From Bacteroidales bacterium (lineage in GTDB: Bacteria; Bacteroidota; Bacteroidia; Bacteroidales; ML635J-15): a stretch of DNA of 64,000 nt. The position numbers were made by a program, and so were the translations under genes. Where the stretch lies: contig JAFZWY010000052.1 of the NCBI GenBank assembly GCA_017617125.1, forward strand, positions 1,528 to 65,527, written 5' to 3'. The notes below the pieces were generated by a model. It did no database searches and was not told the origin of the DNA. It saw only the letters and a program-made list of their open reading frames with translations. Positions within the stretch are counted from its first letter, which is position 1; the number at the start of each line of letters is the position of its first letter. This document shows positions 39,601 through 44,614 of this stretch, piece by piece.

Positions 39601-41127
39601 AACGACGGTCAGACATCTGCTACTGCAAACAACCTTGTTGCTGGTGCTTATACCGTGACAGTTCGCGATAATGGTGGATGTTCTGCTGTATTGTCGTGCA
39701 GTATTAACCAGCCACAGCCACTGGTTGTCGGATTGAATCCTCACGATTTGTACTGCGGTGTTTCGCTTGGTTCTATCGATGCTGCTGTTACTGGTGGTAC
39801 TCAGCCATACACATATATGTGGTCTAGCGGTTCTTCGGCAACATCACTTTCTAACCTTAACACTGGAACATATGGTTTGTCGGTAACTGATGCCAATGGA
39901 TGTGTGTCATCTTCAACCGCAACAATCAGAATGCTCGGTATGCTTGCTGTTAATGCTTCTGTTACACATGCTATCAGCTGTTATGGATTAAACGATGGTG
40001 TAGTCGCTGCAACATGCGAAAACGGTGCGGCTCCATTGATGTATTCATGGAGTACCGGACATGCAGTATACGAAGTGAACAATATGTTCGCAGGTTCGTA
40101 TCAGGTTACTGTAACCGATGCATGGGGATGCTCTGGTCAGTCTAGCGTAACACTCGTTACACCTTCGGCAATGGTTGTCGAAATGACACCTGTATCTCCT
40201 AAGTGCTACAATACTCATGACGGTCAGGTTAACGTACTGACTACTGGCGGTGTTTCCCCATATACTTATGCATGGAACAACGCTTCGACAAGCCAGACGC
40301 TTACCAATGTGGCAGCAGGAACATATTCTCTCACAATTACCGATGCTGCAGGTTGCTCCACTTCAAGGAATGTGACCATCGATGCTCCAGATGCAATTGC
40401 AATGGAAGTTGTTGTTACCGATGTGAAGTGTTATGGCGATAGAGATGGTAAGGTAGAGGTAACTGCTAATGGCGGTACCGAGCCGTATCGTTATTCTGTA
40501 GAAAGAATTCTCGAACTCTCAACATCGAGCCTGTTTACTAACATCGGTGCTGGCTACTACAATGTCCGCGTTACCGATGCTAATGGTTGCGAAGTTACGA
40601 AGTCGGCAGTTGTTAAGCAGCCTGAAGAAATAAAGGTAGAAGCCGTAACCGAGGATCCGTTCTGTAAGAATAGCCGTACAGGTTGGATTTCAGTATCGGC
40701 AATCGGTGGTGTCGTTCCTTATCAGTATTACTGGGATAACTACATGTCAGATTCTTCGCTTATGCTTAATATCCCCGAAGGTCAATATACAGTAGGCGTA
40801 GTTGATGCTAACGGATGTAAATCTTTGAATGTAAAGGTTACTCTTGTAGACGTTGACGTTGACTGCTTGCGCATACCGAATGTATTTACACCTAACGGCG
40901 ATGGTATTAACGACGAATGGATAATTGCAAATCTCAACATGTTCCCAGAAGCTCAGATCTACGTGTTCAACCGTTGGGGCCAGTTGATGTATAAGACTAC
41001 TGGCGACGGCGAACCATGGGATGGTAGCTACAGAGGACATTACGTACCTGCAGGAACCTACATTTATGTTATCGATCTCTTCAACGATGATGAACCGTAC
41101 AAGGGAACGGTAACAATTGTTTACTAA
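27625..41127 (+). CDS. Giant (4500 aa) SprB-like cell-surface adhesin, T9SS cargo with type-B C-terminal sorting domain
   Basis: Uninterrupted 13.5-kb ORF. The signal peptide is ...HFIAACCLVMLLCCGDIFAQ, and the true start may be M13/M15 at 27661/27667. Domain content in order:
- Head module related to the giant-1 module (...YPAAIDNIKLIY).
- CUB-like domain (CFYDSGGASGNYG...DYLTVYDGN).
- Two copies of an unassigned ~185-aa domain ending RPNVKFCI, each followed by a Big_2-like domain.
- A Listeria-Bacteroides repeat (YFIGWNTAIDGSGASY).
- A proprotein-convertase P-domain (HSFIGDIQIKLTCPSGRSAVIL...NGTWTISVCD).
- Six He_PIG-like Ig repeats (GLP.G......ISGTPT..G).
- About 19 PKD/Ig-like ~75-aa repeats (L[TN]C....I.LTA.G...Y.WS...G.Y.VT.T..NGC).
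- Six SprB repeats (C.G...G.....A.GG..PY.Y.W......AG.Y.VTV.DA.GC).
- A CHU_C-type tail. Confidence 0.9.
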   Translation: MRNLYHILKSKVMLMQKHFIAACCLVMLLCCGDIFAQTTVNYNFEGADRSSWTFVNGSVTNKWCISKNTNAQNGGTYSLYVTNGTGGLQTGTTQDYAYTISSSSVVWAYMDITFPVTTNDFTFSFDWKCYGESSLDFFSAYLGPTTSTVTAGTTLTAPTGAVAFVNTLRTSNNTYFNDYNGSAYMTTTASNVPWRTFSTTLDAATYSGQTKRLFFAWKNDGSVGAGYPAAIDNIKLIYTQPTCDETITLSSNLSRTINCNTTYCFYDSGGASGNYGNSQDYTATFTSNGAITITFESFATQSTQDYLTVYDGNATTGIVLIQNASGTTVPAGVTAVSGTMTVVWHSNQSQNNTGWKAYITGCGYVDPCPVIGATETASSSGIYGGIYTWGNSYAYTQQVYLASELLAAGVRPGVLESIALNYAETTASSLTFEVYIGQTSQSTVPTSWITDAGLTLAYAGTISFTTGWNTIDVSGANFVWDGSSNIVLAFRRTSSTSGAVSYPDFYYTSSTGMVAYYTSSSSVTLNGSNVATSSGTATAQRPNVKFCIDDCTQLTGTFSLSQSSAVVMLGQTLNLSTLLTNSLSPAGTVSYTSSATGVANVNSSGVVTGVSTGSATITITYTPNNPDYCSRSLTFAVNVSDGCPVIGEGSSCGYTYGPVNNFYHYGYYQYIFPLPDYSAGGDITSIAFQYCYTTAMTDKTNVNIYMGLTSNSTFASATSWIPLSQLTLVYSGPLNCTQGWNTYTLDHPFYFDGTSNLVVAIDDNSNAYDGSSYTFYYTSGTDNVTLYNYSDSSDPDPSNPPSGTLSANRPNVKFCIENCTPRTLTFAQQTYNLTSCSNISQTPTISPVQGGAITYTSSNPMVATVSSAGVVTPISSGTTVITATVATYNGHCQASGSYTVNVDVSGTAHTLTYNTTANCSGTASAAPASVTGTSAIVTSTTPTCSGKYFIGWNTAIDGSGASYAAGATVDMACTNVTLYAQYSTVPPSITGSSDCENAMAFCASNEADAAYNLAISATGTDSIGGIGSYLTRNPTWWFLRISEPGPINMTIHSSCGDVDFGCWGPFDNVTCDRENDLTNGTDYSYYSGNSMAEYYGASYNGTTPTSSTTSVGTPINGTFALAVPCGNLVDYGGSSSEDEYLQIPNAQVGEIYIVVIANYAGCTGNITFEQSNISSAGAGRSDCTIVNDCAITNVTTNVGDCNGNQTFSVSGNIYFTDAPSDGTLIVSDGAISETFYPPFTSPLSYSLEGLTGDGQEHTITAAFSTSSVNCSKIAYIDAPTCEINCPDATVTLSGYSEQVGDIYYYNVCLNSGVNMSATQTGYTSPSWTWSVNPHHGIAPRILTGQSVSYTPTAEQGYDVSLTVAEGQCRTVAHARIRVSAGPQTDATSVDAGTICVGNTGTVTIGGAGSAIVVTDTTYDIESTLGRAGETFIPDGPNCTDQCYTSSVTFYDYEDGATVQNVDAIEYLRINMEHSFIGDIQIKLTCPSGRSAVILQDLYSTDTSNHSMYNSQAIDPYTYTWPDRETTTRWHIGSSATNWYTGLHMLGRTAYQSQNDSYYYSDDGNTYYLASFGSAEDANDFIENYLALYYTGNTYAIYSIGGGSYYAIAFTSGSYTLFVWLTFDNTTSSNAYSFPSQSAAQYFINNVHGGSGVASSYADLGAYNRIYFGEPDIYDVVDGANLSTSQICDGDDAHNLAGIGYDYAWTSNSNYNTVGYVYDVANMSSSTTLYNNGTASTNTLHHVIPSDVEAGTHIYQPFNSFSNFIGCPLNGTWTISVCDSWAKDNGYIFNWELALDPALLPNDWSYTVGLESVTVDCGSMVAVSGNDVVITPESGSTMPSTCNITLHDRYGCETVVPLTFNVVEPTIVLTSGANDQEVCEGMDIENIVYTIGGSASSATAFGLPDGVTLTVSGTTATISGAPTTAGRYNYTIYTESGDALHCEEVYLSGSIVVNVGNIVPEFDQAGPYCEGTTVAALPTTSTNGISGTWSPRITNETNRYTFTPNPGQCATTTTMDITVNPLPTLEYTSGSETLCANIAPTSNIVFTFGGGANGADVTGLPAGMEFNIVGSTVVISGTPTASGTFPYVVTTTGAVSPCENESLSRTITVNESPTLVLRSGSNNQTVCAGSAIESLVYAYGGGATGANATMPAGLTQSLNTTDHTLTISGTPTASGTITVVTTGVNAPCEDRTLSATITVNEQAQLDLASASSDVDLCREVPWSGNIQYTFGGSATGANVTGLPLGVTYSVSGTTVTISGNPTDEAGSYTYTVTTTGAVSPCENISLTGIIRVSENATLELTSAAGTDDQSICLPGDFEDIEYTFGGGATSVDLVALNNALPNGVTASVNTVAQTVIISGTPTETGTFLYAVTTTGSVDPCKSETMTGTIVVNRMPELIATGNDNQNFCFGNAMTDLVFTYGGGATSAVISGTMPAGVSISYGTNTMTLSGTPTETGDFNFSVVTTGAAGTCTNVELPVSIKVFDNPTVGITSTATQICNGSTATLTSNPASFQSYAWTCETSSNATYTITSGMPATTTGSSIEVNPTVTPGSTNITYALTVSDANGCTANVEQSIIVSDIPEAEVSVTPNTKCEVPYNGTITVGNFSGALTGGTYTIFANGETLTSTGANVVFDGLTPGDYVVRVSSESTSDNCYSEYNVTIGDEPTHPTVAIVGQLSICDNTSTTLTAHADDGLGTFTYLWSDNSTAETLVTPNLTSSTMYYVLATDENGCTAYNEVTVAIGDTPEVSATATSPICLGKNTILQAAVSNAGSGYTLEWTANPSENSGLPANSTGARITVTPTAQGTYNYQVKLTTSSCNDGNDYVVYADVDVVVNPLPTPGITNNTGTQTMTCDVTSISLTATGGTSYAWSNNINVAANTISTTGTYTVTVTDANSCSATTTIAIDNDVTQPQVAITEPATRILTCDVQSIALNVTSTTLGTTFDWSSQTVTTPGTYTVVATGPNGCENSASIEITRDVALPTVGINNPATTILTCANPEITLTAYGTGTLSWTTQTVDHEDTYEVVATAANGCSATASIYIGIDKAAPTVGITSSGDILSCRIQNVTLTASGARTYIWSDANSSAGTTLSVTTPGTYYVTGTGTNGCTAETLYTINPDYDLPNVSIVAPTNTLTCDVRSIALTAQTQTPGTTFDWTTRTVSTPGTYTVVATGPNGCTASADFEILQNVDLPDVGITATDTMLTCNNPTITLTGSGTGSLSWASGSLDVTTPGVYTLIASGDNGCSNTDQITIYQNISTPNVSLLNNTGTDILTCDIRSISVSVEDDSDADVYVWSAGGENTTGTGNAFTAPGTYYVTATAPNGCESIASITIGQDIVPPTVSITNNTGTNTLTCDLTQISVTAVGSATVDNYQWSQGTTQMSANNTLVTIGTYVVTATATNGCTATAQIIIDESVNRPNIDFINVTGTTVLTCDVTYIEVTATGTGASYQWSGGSSPSTANNRFDAIGTYYVTATGDNGCTNSKPFSITENIVPPTVTITNESGFNEINCNHALVNVTAVQAGSVPIVSYLWSNGVDVAANTFTTPGTYTVSATANNGCESTANVVITEDHNPPRPSILSANGIYIIDCAHPSLILNATGGVSYLWTPGGQTTSEIAVTTPGTYVVEATGTNGCTATTSVEIGINTEPPAVAINNITGEDQINCNVTNIHIIAQGGYIYSWDNSLWGGGAEQYITEAGLYSVTVTARNGCTASAAITITQDTDPPTLQANSTTGFYELNCNVPQITVNATGNGESYAWSGGTNPTGSTNVFTSAGIYTVTSTGFNGCTSSVSVQQITTNYTAPTISIVDQLGTAVQVVTLNCTNPEATLTVQSNGIAYTWNDYQTSSSRTFTQQGVYTVTVTGSNGCNTAASVEIREDFATPAAQIVNSSNATELTCTTSSITLSANGGAGATYLWSNGSSSRTITVTTPDRYTVVVTGTNGCTNSNYVDITQAPVFDASITNVGTISCNGGSTSATVTATGGNPGYHYTWNDGQTSATANNLVAGAYTVTVRDNGGCSAVLSCSINQPQPLVVGLNPHDLYCGVSLGSIDAAVTGGTQPYTYMWSSGSSATSLSNLNTGTYGLSVTDANGCVSSSTATIRMLGMLAVNASVTHAISCYGLNDGVVAATCENGAAPLMYSWSTGHAVYEVNNMFAGSYQVTVTDAWGCSGQSSVTLVTPSAMVVEMTPVSPKCYNTHDGQVNVLTTGGVSPYTYAWNNASTSQTLTNVAAGTYSLTITDAAGCSTSRNVTIDAPDAIAMEVVVTDVKCYGDRDGKVEVTANGGTEPYRYSVERILELSTSSLFTNIGAGYYNVRVTDANGCEVTKSAVVKQPEEIKVEAVTEDPFCKNSRTGWISVSAIGGVVPYQYYWDNYMSDSSLMLNIPEGQYTVGVVDANGCKSLNVKVTLVDVDVDCLRIPNVFTPNGDGINDEWIIANLNMFPEAQIYVFNRWGQLMYKTTGDGEPWDGSYRGHYVPAGTYIYVIDLFNDDEPYKGTVTIVY
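28351..28715 (+). other. CUB-like domain within giant gene 2
   Basis: CNTTYCFYDSGGASGNYGNSQDYTATFTSNGAITITFESFATQSTQDYLTVYDGNATTG follows the CUB pattern (G.I.SP.YP..Y....C.W.I....I.L.F..F..E...D.L.VYDG). Called by eye only. Confidence 0.5.
31906..33010 (+). other. Proprotein-convertase P-domain split by a ~270-aa Tyr/Ser/Asn-rich insertion
   Basis: The N-terminal half is LRINMEHSFIGDIQIKLTCPSGRSAVILQD. The C-terminal half is CPLNGTWTISVCDSWAKDNGYIFNWELAL. About 270 residues separate them, where canonical P-domains have a short loop. Confidence 0.55.
33214..35070 (+). repeat. Six ~90-aa He_PIG-like Ig repeats (one unrelated module interposed)
   Basis: The recurrent pattern is ...C......I.YT.GGGATGA.VTGLP.G.......T..ISGTPT..G...Y.VTTTG....C.... 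Confidence 0.6.
35071..39490 (+). repeat. About 19 tandem ~75-aa PKD/Ig-like repeats
   Basis: 15 regular units were counted between 36120 and 39490, plus about 4 divergent ones before that. DNA-level similarity is visible, for example 36441-36540 versus 37075-37170. Confidence 0.7.
39490..40860 (+). repeat. Six SprB-type repeats
   Basis: Example: ISCNGGSTSATVTATGGNPGYHYTWNDGQTSATANNLVAGAYTVTVRDNGGC. Five further units carry the same Cys/Gly/Tyr pattern. Confidence 0.75.
40867..41124 (+). other. T9SS type-B C-terminal sorting domain (gliding-motility-associated CTD, CHU_C-like)
   Basis: RIPNVFTPNGDGINDEWIIANLNMFPEAQIYVFNRWGQLMYKTTG...WDGSYRGHYVPAGTYIYVIDL...YKGTVTIVY. Confidence 0.85.
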
Positions 41128-41152
41128 ATTAATATACTCTACTATCATTTTT

Positions 41153-41187
41153 AAGGCGAACCTCCCAAAGGTTCGCCTTATTTTTTT
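41153..41187 (+). terminator. Rho-independent terminator after giant gene 2
   Basis: Stem AAGGCGAACC / GGTTCGCCTT with a 7-nt loop, followed by ATTTTTTT. Confidence 0.75.
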
Positions 41188-41201
41188 GTTGGTATGTGTA
41201 C

Positions 41202-41227
41202 AAAAAAAGGCTGCCATTCGGCAGCCT
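41202..41227 (-). terminator. Rho-independent terminator after fba
   Basis: Stem AGGCTGCC / GGCAGCCT with loop ATTC. The plus strand has an A7 run upstream, which is a T-run on the minus strand. Confidence 0.75.
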
Positions 41228-41248
41228 AATGATAATAATTAATTTTAA

Positions 41249-42250
41249 TTATTCAGCCTTGCCAGCACTGCCAAGAACGTTGATAATCTTGTGCATATAA
41301 AGTTTCTTCATGCTGTCGCGAGCTGGACCTAAATATTTTCTTGGGTCGAATTCTGCAGGCTTTTCTGCAAATACCTTGCGGATTGCAGCAGTCATTGCAA
41401 GACGGCTGTCGGAGTCGATGTTGATTTTGCAAACTGCCGACTTTGCTGCTTCGCGGAGCTGTTCCTCTGGAATACCTACTGCAGCCTTCAATGCTCCACC
41501 ATATTTATTAATAGTGTCAACTTCTTCCTGTGGAACCGACGATGATCCGTGCAATACAATCGGGAATCCTGGAAGCTTCTTTTCAATTTCGTGAAGAACG
41601 TCGAATGCCAGTGGCGGAGGAACCAAACGACCAGTCTTTGGATCAACCTTGCACTGTTCTGGTTTGAACTTGTATGCTCCGTGCGATGTGCCAATCGAGA
41701 TTGCCAACGAGTCGCATCCGCTGCGTGTAGCAAATTCAATTACTTCTTCTGGCTTGGTGTAGTGAGATTCCTCTGCTGCTACATCATCTTCAACACCAGC
41801 AAGAACACCGAGTTCGGCTTCTACTGTAACATCGTACTTGTGTGCGTATTCAACAACCTGCTTTGTGAGCTTGATGTTTTCCTCAAATGGCAACGATGAT
41901 GCATCAATCATTACCGACGAGAATCCCATGTCAACGCAGCTCTTGCACAATTCGAATGTGTCGCCGTGATCGAGGTGGAGGCAAATTTGAGGATGCTCCC
42001 AGCCAAGTTCCTTTGCATATTCTACAGCACCTTCAGCCATGTACCTCAAAATGGTCTGGTTTGCGTACTTGCGTGCTCCGCTCGAAACCTGAAGTATTAC
42101 AGGCGACTTTGTTTCAGCACAAGCTTGGATGATAGCCTGCATCTGTTCCATGTTGTTAAAGTTGAATGCGGGGATTGCATATCCGCCAGCAACTGCTTTC
42201 TTGAACATCTCAACGGTGTTGACAAGACCTAATTCCTTATAGCTTACCAT
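41249..42250 (-). CDS. fba: Class II fructose-1,6-bisphosphate aldolase
   Basis: IPAFNFNNMEQ, LHLDHG, VLHGSSSVP and a 333-aa length are typical of class IIa/b FBA. Confidence 0.9.
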   Translation of the reverse strand: MVSYKELGLVNTVEMFKKAVAGGYAIPAFNFNNMEQMQAIIQACAETKSPVILQVSSGARKYANQTILRYMAEGAVEYAKELGWEHPQICLHLDHGDTFELCKSCVDMGFSSVMIDASSLPFEENIKLTKQVVEYAHKYDVTVEAELGVLAGVEDDVAAEESHYTKPEEVIEFATRSGCDSLAISIGTSHGAYKFKPEQCKVDPKTGRLVPPPLAFDVLHEIEKKLPGFPIVLHGSSSVPQEEVDTINKYGGALKAAVGIPEEQLREAAKSAVCKINIDSDSRLAMTAAIRKVFAEKPAEFDPRKYLGPARDSMKKLYMHKIINVLGSAGKAE

Positions 42251-42298
42251 AATAAATTTTATTGTTTTTAATTACGTTTTTTGATATTTAATTTTCCA

Positions 42299-42306
42299 CA
42301 AAGATA
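42299..42306 (-). promoter_or_regulatory. -7 box (TAtcTTTG on minus strand) for fba
   Basis: CAAAGATA on the plus strand, 48 nt upstream of the ATG at 42250. Confidence 0.4.
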
Positions 42307-42395
42307 AGAATATTTGTAATATGAAAACGATTAAATAAAAATCTTCCTAAACAAAAAAAAATGTAAATCTAAAATTGTAACTCATAAATTAGTTT

Positions 42396-42403
42396 TACCT
42401 TTG
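42396..42403 (+). promoter_or_regulatory. -7 box (TAccTTTG)
   Basis: 22 nt upstream of the ATG at 42426. Confidence 0.45.
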
Positions 42404-42425
42404 CACAACGTTTATTAGGTTAATT

Positions 42426-43418
42426 ATGTTACAAAGCAATGTGTTTCTAAAACAAGCCGATACAATCATGTCCGATTCGGTAGTAAGTGATTCTGCGAGA
42501 TGTTTGCGGAATGTGCTCAATTATGTCGATCCTAAGGCAGGTGTTGATAGCGCAAAGGAAACCGCAAAAGGAATGATGGAACAGAGTTTCTCCTGGTTCG
42601 ATTCGATAGTGAATTGGATTACAACAGAGGGACTTTCGTTCTGTGTGTCGCTTCTCGGCGCTTTGCTCTTCCTCGGAATCGGATTTTGGGTATCGAAGCT
42701 CATTGTTAAGGCGTTGCGCAAGATGATGACCCGCAAGAATGCGGATCCTGGCCTTATTTCATTTGTGTCGAGTCTTGCAAATATTGCACTTAAGATAATG
42801 ATTATCATTAGTGTAATGGGCATGGTCGGCATACAGATGACTTCGTTTATAGCTGTACTTGGTGCTGCAGGTATTGCCATAGGTATGGCATTGCAGGGAA
42901 CCTTGTCTAACTTTGCAAGCGGGGTCATGATATTGATATTCAAGCCATACAAGGTAGATGATTACATAGAGGCACAAGGTGTGGCTGGTTTTGTTAAGGA
43001 AATACAGATTTTTAATACCATAATTACAACGTTTGACAACAAAACAATAATAGTGCCCAACGGCTCGCTTGCAACAAACTTGCTTACCAATTACTCGAAA
43101 CAGCCTACACGAAGGGTCGACTGGAAAGTGAGTGTGTCGTATGGAACCGATTTCAACGTTGCAAAAGATTCAATAATGCGCATACTGAATGCCGACAACA
43201 GGGTGCTGAAAGATCCTGAGGTTTTTGTGTCGATTACGGCATTGTCCGATTCGTCGGTTGACATTGTGGTAAGAGCATGGGTTAACTCTCCTGATTATTG
43301 GGGCGTTTTCTTCGATTTTTACAATAGTGTGTATGCTAGGTTCAACGAGGAAGGTATTTCGTTCCCGTTCCCGCAAATGGATGTTCATATTAAAGAAAAT
43401 AATAATAAAAATAATTGA
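42426..43418 (+). CDS. Small-conductance mechanosensitive channel (MscS family)
   Basis: Three transmembrane segments followed by the MscS beta-domain [50 protein letters not shown]. Confidence 0.85.
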
Positions 43419-43420
43419 TT

Positions 43421-44407
43421 ATGAAGAAGTTATTACTTGTATTTTTGTCATTGATGTTGAGCGGAACATTGGTGTTTGCTCAGGAAGCTGCCGATTCGTC
43501 TTCAGATGCGCCGGCAAAGAAAAAGAATGAGAACTGGAAACTCGGCGGTGCTGCCTCGTTGAATTTCTCGCAGGTGACGTTCAGAAACTGGGCTGGTGGT
43601 GGTGAACCATCGATTTCCGGAAATATGTTCTTCAACGCATTTGCCAACTATGCAAAGGACAAAACCACATGGGATAATACTTTGGATTTGGGTTACGGTA
43701 TGATGCGTCAGGGAACCAAGAAGACTCAGGTTCTTTTCTACAAGACCGACGATAAAATAGATTTCGCTTCTAAGTACGGACGCTATGCATTCAAATACTG
43801 GTACTATTCGGCATTGGTCGGCTTCAAGACTCAGTTTGCTGATGGTTACAAGTCGATTACCGATTCTACAAGAATTTCATCGTGGATGTCGCCGGCTTAC
43901 TTGAACATAGCTCTTGGTATGGACTTCAAGCCAACATTCGAAAAACACCCGAACATTACGTTCTCTCTCTTCATCGCTCCGTTGTCGGGCAGGATGACAT
44001 TCGTTCTCGATTCGGCTCTCTCGGCTGCTGGTGCTTACGGTGTTGAAGGTGCTGTATTCGATGATAATGGTGTGATGTTGAGTCCTGGTAAGAAGTTCCG
44101 TCCTGAATTTGGTGGATACGTTAAGGCTCAGTTCAAGATCGACTTCTGGAAGGTATTCACTTATAATTCGAAACTCGACTTATTCTCCAACTATATTGTT
44201 AAAGCTCAGAATGTCGATATGAACTGGGAGAACTTGCTTACTATTAAGTTGAGCGACTGGTTCTCGGCTAACCTCAGCATCACTCTCGCATACGACGACG
44301 ATATTGACGTTCCAGTTGACCGCGACGGCGACGGCGTTTACGAAGGTTTGGGTAAGAGATTGCAGTTTAAGGAATTACTCGGATTAGGATTTACGTATAA
44401 GTTCTAA
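43421..44407 (+). CDS. DUF3078-family outer-membrane beta-barrel protein
   Basis: Signal peptide MKKLLLVFLSLMLSGTLVFAQ. NWKLGGAASLNFSQVTFRNWAGGGEPSIS is the DUF3078 signature. C-terminal aromatic residue (YKF). The track start at 43415 is TTG. Confidence 0.75.
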   Translation: MKKLLLVFLSLMLSGTLVFAQEAADSSSDAPAKKKNENWKLGGAASLNFSQVTFRNWAGGGEPSISGNMFFNAFANYAKDKTTWDNTLDLGYGMMRQGTKKTQVLFYKTDDKIDFASKYGRYAFKYWYYSALVGFKTQFADGYKSITDSTRISSWMSPAYLNIALGMDFKPTFEKHPNITFSLFIAPLSGRMTFVLDSALSAAGAYGVEGAVFDDNGVMLSPGKKFRPEFGGYVKAQFKIDFWKVFTYNSKLDLFSNYIVKAQNVDMNWENLLTIKLSDWFSANLSITLAYDDDIDVPVDRDGDGVYEGLGKRLQFKELLGLGFTYKF

Positions 44408-44433
44408 GTCCGAAAAACATAAATCATACAAAA

Positions 44434-44458
44434 AGGCTGAGAAATTCAGCCTTTTTTG
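44434..44458 (+). terminator. Rho-independent terminator
   Basis: Stem AGGCTGA / TCAGCCT with a 5-nt loop, followed by TTTTTT. Confidence 0.7.
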
Positions 44459-44554
44459 TTTGTATGCCAGTGTTCCATGCGTCCATCAAATCTTTGATTT
44501 GTTGAATTGTCAAATTATATAAATTATTCCCTTGTATTATCAATAATTTATGAT

Positions 44555-44562
44555 TAACTTTG
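44555..44562 (+). promoter_or_regulatory. -7 box (TAacTTTG)
   Basis: 52 nt upstream of the ATG at 44615. Confidence 0.4.
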
Positions 44563-44614
44563 CGCTCCAAAAAAAATAGAAAATATATTCATTAATAAAA
44601 AGTAAAGAAATTGT

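Noticed and set aside
11993-41127. The giant ORFs as pseudogenes or repeat-collapse assembly artefacts
   Set aside because: Both frames stay open for more than 13 kb. Each has an intact signal peptide at one end and a sorting domain at the other, which is hard to obtain by chance. Repeat copy number could still be mis-assembled, so long-read confirmation is recommended.
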